Of a stretch of 41,074 bases of DNA, positions 1 through 8,992 are shown in pieces (positions within the stretch are counted from its first letter, which is position 1; each line of letters begins with the position of its first letter). The stretch is from Candidatus Eiseniibacteriota bacterium (lineage in GTDB: Bacteria > Eisenbacteria > RBG-16-71-46 > JAFGJU01): positions 2,297,221 to 2,338,294 of the forward strand of contig CP070702.1 of NCBI GenBank assembly GCA_020349905.1. The letters are read 5' to 3'. The notes below the pieces were generated by a model that did not search any database, was not told the DNA's origin, and saw nothing but the letters and a program-made list of their open reading frames with translations. The translations under genes and the position numbers were made by a program.

Positions 1-87
1 CCGAGAAACACGGTCTTGGCCGCCATCCTGCTCGAAACCGCAGAGCGCCAGCAGTACGAACCGTTCTTCGTTCTGACCCCTGTCTGA
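1..87 (+). CDS. 3' end of an upstream gene (partial, product unknown)
   Basis: Frame 1 is open from the window edge to TGA at 85-87 (..TVLAAILLETAERQQYEPFFVLTPV*). No recognisable motif. Confidence 0.3.
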   Translation, partial: PRNTVLAAILLETAERQQYEPFFVLTPV

Positions 88-418
88 AGTGCGGGCGCTC
101 GAAGCTCACCCAAGTCCACGTCTCTTATGTTGGGACCGGAAAGGGCTGTTTTGAGATTCTCTGCAAACCTAGCGTAGAGTTCGGGATCGTACGAACCTGA
201 CAAATTCATCCTCCAGGATTTCGCGGAAGAACCCGCATGGCACTCGAAGACACGCACACCCCGGCAATGATAGCGTCTCCGGAGTGAAGTAACAATAGAT
301 TTGCTGCAGACACAGCAGCCGAACCATCTCTCACGCGGGCACTGGCGGATGGCATTTCCGCGTTGCCGCTACACCCTGACATAAATGACCTTGCACCACA
401 TCGGCTCTCTCTCGGCGC

Positions 419-447
419 TTGAAAAGGCAAGAAAAGTGTGATATTAT
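419..447 (+). promoter_or_regulatory. sigma-70-type promoter: -35 TTGAAA (419-424), 17-nt spacer, extended -10 TGaTATTAT (439-447)
   Basis: Read directly. Near-consensus hexamers with optimal spacing in an otherwise ORF-free 400-nt region. Predicted TSS near 455, giving a leader of about 50-130 nt before the 504/585 CDS. Confidence 0.45.
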
Positions 448-503
448 GAGGAAAAGAGCGCCTTCGGGCAAACACAACGCGCGCCTCACATCCCGGGTCG
501 TTT

Positions 504-1106
504 TTGCGATTTCTTCATACACGATCCGTCTTCAAGACAACCGAATGCCCTTCGTGGTTTTCTCCTGAGGGAGGTGTATGCATCGTGTCAAACAGGCCTT
601 CTTGCTTGCTTGGGAACGCCGCCCTAATCCTCCTTGCCGCGTGTGCCCTTCTTCTGGCCGTCACGCAATCGCACGCAATCATGACAAGAGCCACCCTGCC
701 CGAACTCGCGGCCGGGGCGACCGGCATCGTCCGCGGCCAGGTTCTGGATGTTACGTCCAGATGGGACTCGGAAGGAAAGACCATCTTCACTTACGTTACC
801 ATCTCGGTGGATGAGTGGCTCAAGGGGGCTGGTCCTGAAACGGTCACGGTTCGGGTCGTGGGCGGAAAGGTGGGAGGCGTCGGACTCTGGGTGGAGGACA
901 CTCCCGTCTTCGCAGGGGGCGAGTCCGTCGTGACTTTCCTGGAGCCCTCCGAGGAGGAGTTGGCTCATGACGTAAGGGGTCTCTTCCAGGGAAAGTTCTC
1001 CGTGGAGGACGGAAGGGTCATCGAGGCGGGGCTCCCGTTGGGAGACTTTGTCAGTATGGTTCGTTCCATCGTGAAAATGCAGGAAAAAGACCTTCTGGAG
1101 GAGTAG
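504..1106 (+). CDS. secreted hypothetical protein (signal peptide; possibly lipoprotein)
   Basis: 200-aa ORF. GGAGG at 568-572 lies upstream of an in-frame GTG at 585, which would give MSNRPSCLLGNAALILLAACALLLAVTQSHA. That is a classic n/h/c signal peptide with an SHA cleavage site or an LAAC lipobox. Start 504 versus 585 is unresolved. No recognisable catalytic motif. It sits directly upstream of the large protease gene. Confidence 0.6.
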   Translation: MRFLHTRSVFKTTECPSWFSPEGGVCIVSNRPSCLLGNAALILLAACALLLAVTQSHAIMTRATLPELAAGATGIVRGQVLDVTSRWDSEGKTIFTYVTISVDEWLKGAGPETVTVRVVGGKVGGVGLWVEDTPVFAGGESVVTFLEPSEEELAHDVRGLFQGKFSVEDGRVIEAGLPLGDFVSMVRSIVKMQEKDLLEE

Positions 1107-1222
1107 GGATGTCTCGAAAAGCCCTTGTTTCGGTATCGTCAGATCCCTTCCCTTTGCCCGCGTGGTCACCGGCGGCCGAGCTTGTTCGCTCTTGAGATCC
1201 TGGACCGCCAGGGCCCGCAGAG

Positions 1223-4060
1223 GTGATACCAATGAGTTCTTGTAGACGAACACCAACAGGACAGCGGTTATCCGGCCTTTTCCTCGTGGTCCTGCTTCTG
1301 GTTGTGTGGCCTGGCGTTTGCGATGCGCAGTGCCCGGAGGGCACTTGTCTCACCGCATGTACTTACGACTACTGGCGGGCTCTTGACAACAGGTGGGTTG
1401 AAGCAGACCTGCCGGTGGTCTACTACATCAATAAAGACGGTGCGTCAGACTGTACGGGCAATGAGTTCCTGACCGTACAGAGGGCGCTTTCGAACTGGGA
1501 GTACCTTAACCAGGCGTTCTGGGCCGCCTGCTACGCGGGAACCACTAGCGCGCGCTCCACGGCTCACAACGTATCCCCTGTGAAGGACGGTTTCAACGTC
1601 GTCTCATGGGAGGATATGGGTAGCGGTACCCCCTTGAAACTCGGCAGGGCGCACTGCTGGTACGACGCGAGCGATCACAACTACGAATGTGACATATCGC
1701 TTAACGACAACGCTGCTGTTTCGTGGTCCGCTCTGAAACAGGATTCCTGTGTTTCCGGGGAATACGACCTGGAGAGCATCTCAACGCACGAATTCGGCCA
1801 TTGGATGTCGTTCGACCATTCGTGCGACTCCCTCGCCACGATGCACTGCTGGACCAAGGCCGGGGACACGTTCAGGCGCAGCCCGAACGAGTGCGACATA
1901 CGCGCAATGAAGTGGTACTACACGCAGATCGCGGGAACCCCAAAGTCTCAACCGGGATGCTGGCCACAGTACATCTCCGGCGGCGTGAACTCGAACCCCG
2001 TGCTCGGCGACATAAATAGAGACGGAATTGAGGATATCGTGGTGGCCGGCGACGACGGGCAGGTTCACGTGTTCAGTGGAAGGGGCAAGGAGCTTACTGG
2101 TTGGCCGCAGTCAACGGGCGGCATGATAGACGGTTCCCCGGCCCTCGGAGACGTGGATGGTGACGGGTGGCTCGAGGTCGTCGTGGGTTCTTATACCGAC
2201 AGTGTCTACGTGTTCAACCCCAACGGCTCCCGGGCTGCGAACTGGCCGCAGGGGACCAACTGGTCTGTCCGCAGCACGCCGGCGATTGCGGATCTGGATC
2301 AAGATGGCGTCACCGACGTAATCTGCGCCTCTACGGATTCTTGCGTCTACGCCTGGAGTGGCACAAGCGGAACGGCGCTGGCGGGATGGCCCGTGAAACT
2401 GGGCGGCAATATGCAGCTCGCGGGACCGGCGCTGGCCGACCTCGACGGGGACGACAGCCTGGAGGTGGTGATTTCAGGGTACGACAACAAGGTCTACGCC
2501 CTGAAACCTCACGGAGCGAACCTCTCTGGGTGGCCGGTCTGGTCGGGGCGCAAAGTCTACGATCGTGTGGCAATCGGAGACGTTGATGGAGACAACGAGT
2601 TTGAGGTTGTCGCAACTGCAATGTATGACAGCGCTTACGCATGGAATGCGAACGGGAGCAGGTGTTCTGGATGGCCGGTCTACATTGCTGCCTCGACTGG
2701 ATACTCGGCTCCCAGCCTGGGTGATATCGACGGCGACAATTCTCCTGAGATCGTGTTTGGCTCCGACAACGACACTCTCTACGCCTTCAACGGCGACGCC
2801 TCGCTCGTCACAGGGTGGCCCAAGTACGTGGACGGGCAGGTACGAGGTTCCGCTCTCATCGTCGATATTGACGGTGATAACGCGTACGAAGTGATAGCGG
2901 CGACGGACAACGGCAAAGTCTATGCGTTCAACGGCAACGGAACCACCGTGAGCGGCTGGCCCATAACGTATGAGCAGTGGTATTACAGAAGCCCGGCCAT
3001 AGGCGAGACCAACGGCGACAACGAGCTCGATCTCGTGGTGGGCAGCACGGGGAACGACAGTCTCTATGCCTACAGCCTCGGCACAATTCTGAATGACTCG
3101 CGCTACGAATGGCGGATGTACGGAAACGACTTCAACCGCACGTCGCGCTACGGATTCGCGCCGGATCCGCCCGAGCCCATACGTTTCTCTGATCCCGTGG
3201 CTGACTTTTCGCACTGGGAGCTGTTCGGAAGCGGGGCGTCGGTGAGCCTCTCCACGATGTCATACAGCCCGCCCACGAGCATGGGAGTTACGGGCAGTCC
3301 CTCCCCCGGCGATTTCGCCAGCGCCTATTCCGAGTTCATAACGGTGGACTTCTCGAGGCCCTACACCATCAAGTTTGCCTTTGCGTACGACAACTTCTTC
3401 TGGTCCACGTGGCTGGTGTTCGGGCACGCGCGCTTCAGGCTCGACAATCCCACTGCTCCTGTCTTGATGGACGTCGCAGGAGATTGGTCCAGTCTGGTCC
3501 CGGTGGGGCCGCCGTTTAACAACTACACACCGCCCATGGCCTACGCGGAGTACGAAATACAGGTGGAGCCGACCACGAGGAACGTTCAGCTTCTGGTGAA
3601 CGGGGTACCGGCCGGGGGGGCCACGTACAGCCCGTCGGTCGTACCCAGCAACCGCATGTGGCTCTCGGACGACGCCGGGCCTTCCGAGTTCCTCACGGGC
3701 TGGTACGACGACTTCGAGGTGCGCGGATATCTGCCGGTTGTGAGCGTGAGGCCCGAGAAATCTCCGGAGCCGCCGCTCCTGAACGCGTTGCACCAGAGCT
3801 ATCCGAACCCCATGAACCCGTCGGCCACCATCAGATACTCAGTCCGGGAGACCGGGAGAGTCTCGATTCGAATCTACGACGTTGCGGGGCGATTGATAAG
3901 GGTGCTGGTTGACGAGGAGAAGGCGGCGTCTCACACGCCGTACTCGGTCGTCTGGAACGGGAAGGACGACTCCGGACGGCGCGTCGCCAGCGGGGTGTAC
4001 TTCTGCCGGATGGAGACGAAGAACTTTGCCTCGGCCAACAAGATCGTCCTCCTGCGCTGA
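1223..4060 (+). CDS. secreted metzincin-like zinc metalloprotease with 8 FG-GAP (beta-propeller) repeats and a T9SS-type C-terminal sorting domain
   Basis: N-terminal signal peptide (LFLVVLLLVVWPGVCDAQ). HEFGHWMSFDH matches HExxHxxxxxH, followed by a Met-turn-like ATMHCW. There are eight repeats of the form GD[IV]DGD..E.V.G..D..VYAFNG, the FG-GAP/integrin-alpha type. The last ~90 aa (SYPNPMNPSATIRYSV...IRIYDVAGRLIRVL...WNGKDDSGRRVASGVYFCRM...KIVLLR) match the type A Por/T9SS CTD pattern (NYPNPFNP..TI.Y..IYD..GR.V..L....G.H...WDG.D..G..V.SGVYFYRL). Confidence 0.85.
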   Translation: MIPMSSCRRTPTGQRLSGLFLVVLLLVVWPGVCDAQCPEGTCLTACTYDYWRALDNRWVEADLPVVYYINKDGASDCTGNEFLTVQRALSNWEYLNQAFWAACYAGTTSARSTAHNVSPVKDGFNVVSWEDMGSGTPLKLGRAHCWYDASDHNYECDISLNDNAAVSWSALKQDSCVSGEYDLESISTHEFGHWMSFDHSCDSLATMHCWTKAGDTFRRSPNECDIRAMKWYYTQIAGTPKSQPGCWPQYISGGVNSNPVLGDINRDGIEDIVVAGDDGQVHVFSGRGKELTGWPQSTGGMIDGSPALGDVDGDGWLEVVVGSYTDSVYVFNPNGSRAANWPQGTNWSVRSTPAIADLDQDGVTDVICASTDSCVYAWSGTSGTALAGWPVKLGGNMQLAGPALADLDGDDSLEVVISGYDNKVYALKPHGANLSGWPVWSGRKVYDRVAIGDVDGDNEFEVVATAMYDSAYAWNANGSRCSGWPVYIAASTGYSAPSLGDIDGDNSPEIVFGSDNDTLYAFNGDASLVTGWPKYVDGQVRGSALIVDIDGDNAYEVIAATDNGKVYAFNGNGTTVSGWPITYEQWYYRSPAIGETNGDNELDLVVGSTGNDSLYAYSLGTILNDSRYEWRMYGNDFNRTSRYGFAPDPPEPIRFSDPVADFSHWELFGSGASVSLSTMSYSPPTSMGVTGSPSPGDFASAYSEFITVDFSRPYTIKFAFAYDNFFWSTWLVFGHARFRLDNPTAPVLMDVAGDWSSLVPVGPPFNNYTPPMAYAEYEIQVEPTTRNVQLLVNGVPAGGATYSPSVVPSNRMWLSDDAGPSEFLTGWYDDFEVRGYLPVVSVRPEKSPEPPLLNALHQSYPNPMNPSATIRYSVRETGRVSIRIYDVAGRLIRVLVDEEKAASHTPYSVVWNGKDDSGRRVASGVYFCRMETKNFASANKIVLLR

Positions 4061-4195
4061 TTTGCGTCTCAGATAGGGTCCAAGTAACCAGAAGCCCGGT
4101 TGCCGAGTCGTTAAGATTCGGCGGCCGGGCTTCTCAGTGAGGGGCTGGGCGGCCCCCCGTGAGGCCTCTGGCATCTAACAGAGGCGGCGGGCACC

Positions 4196-4224
4196 GGCTT
4201 GGTCCTTCCAAGGCCGCGGTTTTT
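4196..4224 (+). terminator. putative intrinsic terminator after the protease gene
   Basis: Stem GGCTTGG / CCAAGGCC with loop TCCTT, followed by GCGG then TTTTT (4220-4224). A longer imperfect hairpin, GAAGCCCGG..CCGGGCTTC at 4091-4134, precedes it. Confidence 0.4.
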
Positions 4225-4349
4225 CCTTTCAACGCACTTGCGCGCCCACATCTTTTGGGCTATCCTGCTGCGCAGTGCTCCCTTTTGCAGGTAAATCCAT
4301 CCCCAGTTCAGTTCCAGGATTGCCCGAGCGGCAAAACCAGGAGGTTTCC

Positions 4350-5585
4350 ATGGCGCGAGCCCTGTTAGCCGTAGTTCTTCTTGCCCTGGTGTTCGGTCCG
4401 GTTGCCCTGGCGGACGAATGCGAGAACTGCCACAAGAAGATAACTCCGGGAATCGTGTCTGACTGGCAACTGAGCAAGCATGGCCAAGGCGGAATCACTT
4501 GCGCGGTCTGTCACGGCCGAGAGCACATGTCCGCTCAGGACGTGGCCAACGTGAGAATCCCCACGCCGGAGACCTGCGCGGGTTGCCACGAAACCCAGGT
4601 AGAGCAGTTTAAGGGCGGAAAACACGCCTTCGCCTGGGCCGCGATGAACGCCATGCCCACGGCTCACTGGCAGCCAATGGCGCTCATGGGCGGCATGAAG
4701 GGTTGCGGGGGCTGCCACAAGATAGGCCTGAAGTCTGAAGAGGAAATTAAGAAGCTCAAGAGCGACATGGGGGGATTCGGCCTAGCCTCGTGCGACGCGT
4801 GTCACACCCGCCATCTCTTCTCTGTGAAAGAGGCGAAACAACCTCAGGCTTGCCAGACTTGCCACATGGGTTTCGACCATCCTCAGTGGGAGATGTACTC
4901 CTCATCCAAGCACGGGGTCAGGTACCTCTTGAAGCAGAGCGGAGTGCTCCCCGGGGACGCGGCTGCGCCGACGTGCCAGACCTGCCACATGCAGGAAGGC
5001 AATCATGCCGTGAGGACCGGTTGGGGTTTTCTGGCCGTACGGCTTCCGATGCCCGAGGATAAGCAGTGGGCCGCCGACAGGGCCACCATCCTCCAGGCCC
5101 TCGGCGTCCTGGACCCGGAGGGCAATCCCACCGGGCGCCTCGACGTTGTGAAGGCCGCGGACGTTGCACGGCTCACTCAGGAAGACTGGCAAATGGAGCG
5201 CGTCAAGATGCTGAAGACCTGTGCAGGATGTCATTCCAAGCACTTCGCGGAGGGCGAGCTGAAGAAGGGCGACGACATGATACTAGAAACGGATCGCCTC
5301 ATGGCGGAGGCCATTCACACCGTGGCTGCCCTCTACAAGGACGGCACGCTTAAGAAGCCTGCCGAATACGCGCACGCGTTCCCTGACCTTCTCACGTTCC
5401 ACGACGCCCCGACTCCGGTCGAACAGAAGCTCTTTGTGATGTTCCTCAAACACAGGATGAGGGCGTTCCAGGGGACGTTCCACGCGAATCCGGACTACGC
5501 CTTGTGGTACGGCTGGAGTGAGATGAGGCAAGACCTGGCAGAGATAAAGTTCGCTGCAGAGGAAATGCGCAGGACTCATAAGTAG
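4350..5585 (+). CDS. octaheme c-type cytochrome (8 CxxCH; candidate hydroxylamine-oxidoreductase/octaheme nitrite reductase-like family), periplasmic
   Basis: AGGAGG at 4338-4343 sits 6 nt before ATG 4350. That start gives the signal peptide MARALLAVVLLALVFGPVALA. The track ORF opens at 4275, but that start has no RBS. There are eight CxxCH motifs: CENCH, CAVCH, CAGCH, CGGCH, CDACH, CQTCH, CQTCH, CAGCH. Seven are clustered in the first ~230 aa and the eighth lies ~100 aa further, as in HAO-family proteins. No CxxCK motif. Confidence 0.85.
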   Translation: MARALLAVVLLALVFGPVALADECENCHKKITPGIVSDWQLSKHGQGGITCAVCHGREHMSAQDVANVRIPTPETCAGCHETQVEQFKGGKHAFAWAAMNAMPTAHWQPMALMGGMKGCGGCHKIGLKSEEEIKKLKSDMGGFGLASCDACHTRHLFSVKEAKQPQACQTCHMGFDHPQWEMYSSSKHGVRYLLKQSGVLPGDAAAPTCQTCHMQEGNHAVRTGWGFLAVRLPMPEDKQWAADRATILQALGVLDPEGNPTGRLDVVKAADVARLTQEDWQMERVKMLKTCAGCHSKHFAEGELKKGDDMILETDRLMAEAIHTVAALYKDGTLKKPAEYAHAFPDLLTFHDAPTPVEQKLFVMFLKHRMRAFQGTFHANPDYALWYGWSEMRQDLAEIKFAAEEMRRTHK

Positions 5586-5619
5586 AAACAGAGCGGAGAC
5601 TCGCGATTTCTACCGACTC

Positions 5620-5814
5620 ATGTTCAACGCACGGCTTTGCGCGGGGCAGCAGGCGGGTCTGCCACGCAAAGCCGCCGGCCTTTACGCTTCTGAGGTCGTC
5701 TTCCGCCTGGCCGTGCAGGCGATCGTACTGAGAGATTTTGACGAGCTAAGAGAAACGCTGGATTCCAATTCGGCGGGCACGGTGAACGTGCTCGAGGCCG
5801 TGCGCCTGACTTGA
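5620..5814 (+). pseudogene. remnant of an NAD-dependent epimerase/dehydratase (SDR) gene
   Basis: The 64-aa ORF contains VFRLAVQAIVLRDFDELRETLDSNSAGTVNVLEAVR. This resembles the conserved VFHLAA..V.S......N..GT.NLLEA.R block of dTDP-glucose dehydratase/UDP-sugar epimerases. It lacks the Rossmann N-terminus and the catalytic YxxxK. Confidence 0.35.
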
Positions 5815-5830
5815 GAAGATCTTTCCCTCC

Positions 5831-7192
5831 ATGAACGTCTCGACCTTTTCCGCATCTGCGGCAGATATCAGATTCCGGCTTCTAGCCGGCGGCTTGGCGC
5901 GGCTGTCTGCCTGGCGACTCACTTCCCTGGCTCTCCTGCTTCCCTGCTCGCTTCTTCTGGCCCTCACTCTCCACGGGTGTGACAGGCAGGGACCGGCCGA
6001 CGAAGAGCGGGTGACACTCGTCTTCAAGCACGGGAAGATTGCCGGTGACGCGGCGGCCTTCACGGAAGTGCTCAAGCAGTTCGAGAGAGAGAATCCAGAC
6101 ATTCGAATCAGAGACGAGACGCTTCCTGCCACGACGGACCAGCAGCATCAGTTCTACGTGATTAACCTGGAGGGCAAGTCGTCGGATTTCGATGTCTTCT
6201 CGATGGACGTGATCTGGGTTCCTGAGCTGGCCAGGGCAGGTTGGCTCATGGACCTCACGCACATGCTGCCCCCCGAGGAAAGGAGCAATTTCTTCCCGGG
6301 GCCCATGGAAGCCGTGACTTACGAAGGCAGGGTCTATGCCGTCCCCTGGTACATCGACGCCGGGGTCCTCTACTACAGAAGCGACCTGCTGGAAGAATAC
6401 GGGTTCCAACCCCCCACGACCTGGCAGGAACTGGTGCGGCAGGCCTCGGCCATCGTGCGGGACCGGCCCGACCTCTACGGTTTTATATGGCAGGGAAAGC
6501 AATACGAGGGGCTCATCTGTAACGCCCTGGAGTACATGTGGAGCAACGGTGGGGACGTGGTGAGGAACGGGACGGTTCTAATAAACAGCCCGGAGAATCG
6601 CGAGGCGTTGAGCTTCATGAGCCGGCTCATCTCCGAAGAGGAAATCACTCCCGCTTTCGTGACCACCGCCATCGAAGAGACGACCCGGCACATCTTCGGA
6701 AACGGAAAGGCCGTATTCATGCGCAACTGGCCCTATGCGTGGAACATCTTCGAGAGACCGGGTTCTCAGGTCAGGGGGAAGGTGGGCGTGGCCCTGCTTC
6801 CCTCTTTCTCCGGACACGAGCCCGCCTCAACGCTGGGGGGGTGGCAGCTCGGCATCAACAAGTATTCCCGTCATCCGAAGGAGGCGGAGAGGTTCATCGA
6901 ATTCCTCACTTCGTACGAGACGCAGAAGAGAGTGGCCCTAACCATAGGATACAAACCCACGCGCAAAAGTCTCTACCGGGACGCAGAGCTCATGAGCGCT
7001 CAACCGTTCATCGTAAGCCTGTATGACGTCTTCGAACATGCCAGGCCGAGACCGGTGACGCCTTACTATATGATGATATCCCAGATCCTGCAGCCCGAGT
7101 TCAGTGCGATACTGTCCAGAATCAAGAAACCGGAGGCCGCCCTGAGGTCGGCAGAGAAGCAAATCCAGCACGTGTTGAGGGCAGAGGAATGA
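5831..7192 (+). CDS. ABC transporter substrate-binding protein, carbohydrate (CUT1/family 1) type, lipoprotein
   Basis: 453 aa. Signal/lipobox ..LLLALTLHGC. Typical family-1 SBP length and composition. Stop overlaps the next gene's start (ATGA at 7189-7192). The true start may be the internal TTG at 5894 (MARLSAWRLTSLALLLPCSLLLALTLHGC), because ATG 5831 has no RBS. Confidence 0.8.
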   Translation: MNVSTFSASAADIRFRLLAGGLARLSAWRLTSLALLLPCSLLLALTLHGCDRQGPADEERVTLVFKHGKIAGDAAAFTEVLKQFERENPDIRIRDETLPATTDQQHQFYVINLEGKSSDFDVFSMDVIWVPELARAGWLMDLTHMLPPEERSNFFPGPMEAVTYEGRVYAVPWYIDAGVLYYRSDLLEEYGFQPPTTWQELVRQASAIVRDRPDLYGFIWQGKQYEGLICNALEYMWSNGGDVVRNGTVLINSPENREALSFMSRLISEEEITPAFVTTAIEETTRHIFGNGKAVFMRNWPYAWNIFERPGSQVRGKVGVALLPSFSGHEPASTLGGWQLGINKYSRHPKEAERFIEFLTSYETQKRVALTIGYKPTRKSLYRDAELMSAQPFIVSLYDVFEHARPRPVTPYYMMISQILQPEFSAILSRIKKPEAALRSAEKQIQHVLRAEE

Positions 7193-8118
7193 CGAGCCCG
7201 ACGGTGCCCCGAAACAGTATCACCGGAGAGACGCGCTACGCTGGCACGGGAACACTGGGTCCCGGACGCGGGGGACGCTTCGGAGAGAAGTCTCTCTTTC
7301 TCGTCCCGGCCCTGTTCGTTCTCTCTGCCGTCACCATCTACCCCATTCTCTACGTGCTCTGGCTCAGCCTGCACAGGCGCCTTCTCATCTTCGACATTTC
7401 CAAATTCGTCTCCTTCCAGAACTACGGCTTCCTGCTGGCAGACGAAAGATACTGGAACGCTCTCAGGAACACCGTGTATTTCACTGGAGTCTCCGTCGCG
7501 CTTGAACTCGTGCTGGGGATGTCAATCGCACTCCTACTCAACGGGGCTTTCAGGGGCAAGGGCCTGATGCGCTCCATCATTCTCGTGCCCTGGGCGATTC
7601 CCACCGTGGTTTCCGCCAAGATGTGGGAGTGGTTGTACAATCCCGACTTCGGGCTTCTCAACTACCTGCTCGGGGTCAAGATAAACTGGCTCGGCAGTCC
7701 TTTCTGGGCGCTGAACGCCGCTGTCTTTATGGACGTTTGGAAGACGACGCCGTTCGTGGCCATACTTCTGACCGCGGGTCTGCAGAACATCCCCCAGGAG
7801 CTTTATCACGCGGCCAGGGTGGACGGGGCTTCCGGATGGCAGGCGTTCCACCGAGTGACACTGCCCCTGCTCAAGCCCGTGATACTCGTGGTGCTCATCT
7901 TCAGAACTCTGGACGCGTTCAGGGTCTTCGACGCCATCTACGTGCTTACGGGCGGAGGTCCCGCCAATTCCACCGAGACGCTCTCGATATACGCTTACAA
8001 GGTGCTGTTTCAGACCCTGCAGTTCGGCTACGGCTCAACTATCGCGCTGACCGTGTTCCTGTTCGTGGGAGTCATCACCGTTTTCTACGTGAGGTTGCTT
8101 AGAAGGGGAATGGAATGA
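7189..8118 (+). CDS. carbohydrate ABC transporter permease (MalF/UgpA-like)
   Basis: 309 aa, 6 predicted TM segments, permease EAA-type loop region. ATGA overlaps with both neighbours. Confidence 0.9.
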   Translation: MTSPTVPRNSITGETRYAGTGTLGPGRGGRFGEKSLFLVPALFVLSAVTIYPILYVLWLSLHRRLLIFDISKFVSFQNYGFLLADERYWNALRNTVYFTGVSVALELVLGMSIALLLNGAFRGKGLMRSIILVPWAIPTVVSAKMWEWLYNPDFGLLNYLLGVKINWLGSPFWALNAAVFMDVWKTTPFVAILLTAGLQNIPQELYHAARVDGASGWQAFHRVTLPLLKPVILVVLIFRTLDAFRVFDAIYVLTGGGPANSTETLSIYAYKVLFQTLQFGYGSTIALTVFLFVGVITVFYVRLLRRGME

Positions 8119-8960
8119 GACGGAGCGCCCCAACGAGACGGAGTGCCCCGAAGAAACTGGGCTTCTATCTGCTTCTCATACTCGCTGCGGCCTACTGCCT
8201 GGGGCCGTTCCTGTGGCAGGCGGTGACGTCGGTTAAGCCCTCGACAGAGCTCACGTCTCTCCCCCCGATTCTCCCGACGAACGCCACGGGGACACATTAC
8301 GTCTCCGTCTTTGAGGGTCACCCCTTTTTAAGAATCATCGCCAACAGTTTCGTCGTCGCCTCGTGCACGACCGTATTGTCTCTGCTCGTGGGCTCCCTCG
8401 CCGCCTTCGCGCTGGCCAAGCTGGGAATAAGAAGGAAGGGGCTCATTCTGGCTTTCATCCTCTCGGCGTCCATGTTTCCCCCGATAGCAACTGTGAGTCC
8501 TCTCTACATCATAATCAGGGCCCTGGGCCTGCGCGACACGCTTGCAGCGCTCGTCATGACCTACACGACGTTCTCGCTGCCGCTTACGATATGGGTTCTG
8601 ACCAACTTTTTCAGAAACATCCCGGACGAACTTTATCTGGCCTCGAGCGTTGACGGCTGTACGCCGTTCCAATCGTTCTACAAGGTCATCCTGCCTCTCT
8701 CTGCGCCCGGGCTTTTCGCCACCGCTATTCTGGTCTTCATTTTCTCGTGGAACGAGTTCCTCTTCGCGTTGACGTTCACGTCGACCGTTGCCTCCCGCAC
8801 CATCCCCGTCGGCATAGCCCTGTTCCCGGGCCTCCACGAAATCCCGTGGGGAGAGATAGCGGCCGCCTCGGTAGTGGTGACGATTCCGCTCGTGGCGCTC
8901 GTGTTCGTGTTCCAGAAGAGGATAGTGGAGGGGCTAACCGCCGGCGCCGTAAAAGGCTAG
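8115..8960 (+). CDS. carbohydrate ABC transporter permease (MalG/UgpE-like)
   Basis: 281 aa, N-terminal TM anchor, polytopic membrane protein. ATGA overlap with the upstream permease. No ATPase gene follows, as is common for CUT1 systems that use a shared MsmK-type ATPase. Confidence 0.9.
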   Translation: MRRSAPTRRSAPKKLGFYLLLILAAAYCLGPFLWQAVTSVKPSTELTSLPPILPTNATGTHYVSVFEGHPFLRIIANSFVVASCTTVLSLLVGSLAAFALAKLGIRRKGLILAFILSASMFPPIATVSPLYIIIRALGLRDTLAALVMTYTTFSLPLTIWVLTNFFRNIPDELYLASSVDGCTPFQSFYKVILPLSAPGLFATAILVFIFSWNEFLFALTFTSTVASRTIPVGIALFPGLHEIPWGEIAAASVVVTIPLVALVFVFQKRIVEGLTAGAVKG

Positions 8961-8992
8961 AGCGGGTTAGCCCGTGCCGTCGCCCCGGCCGC

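Noticed and set aside
206-522. Minus-strand ORFs 206-475 and 331-522 in the first intergenic region
   Set aside because: No RBS, and compositionally odd Arg/Ser-rich translations. The region is better explained as noncoding DNA with a plus-strand promoter and leader.
4237-4290. Sigma-54 promoter upstream of the cytochrome gene (TTTTGCAGG region)
   Set aside because: A TTGCA -12-like element exists, but no GG sits at the -24 position with correct spacing. A weak sigma-70-like TTGCGC-17-TATCCT is the only candidate, and it is too weak to report as a feature.
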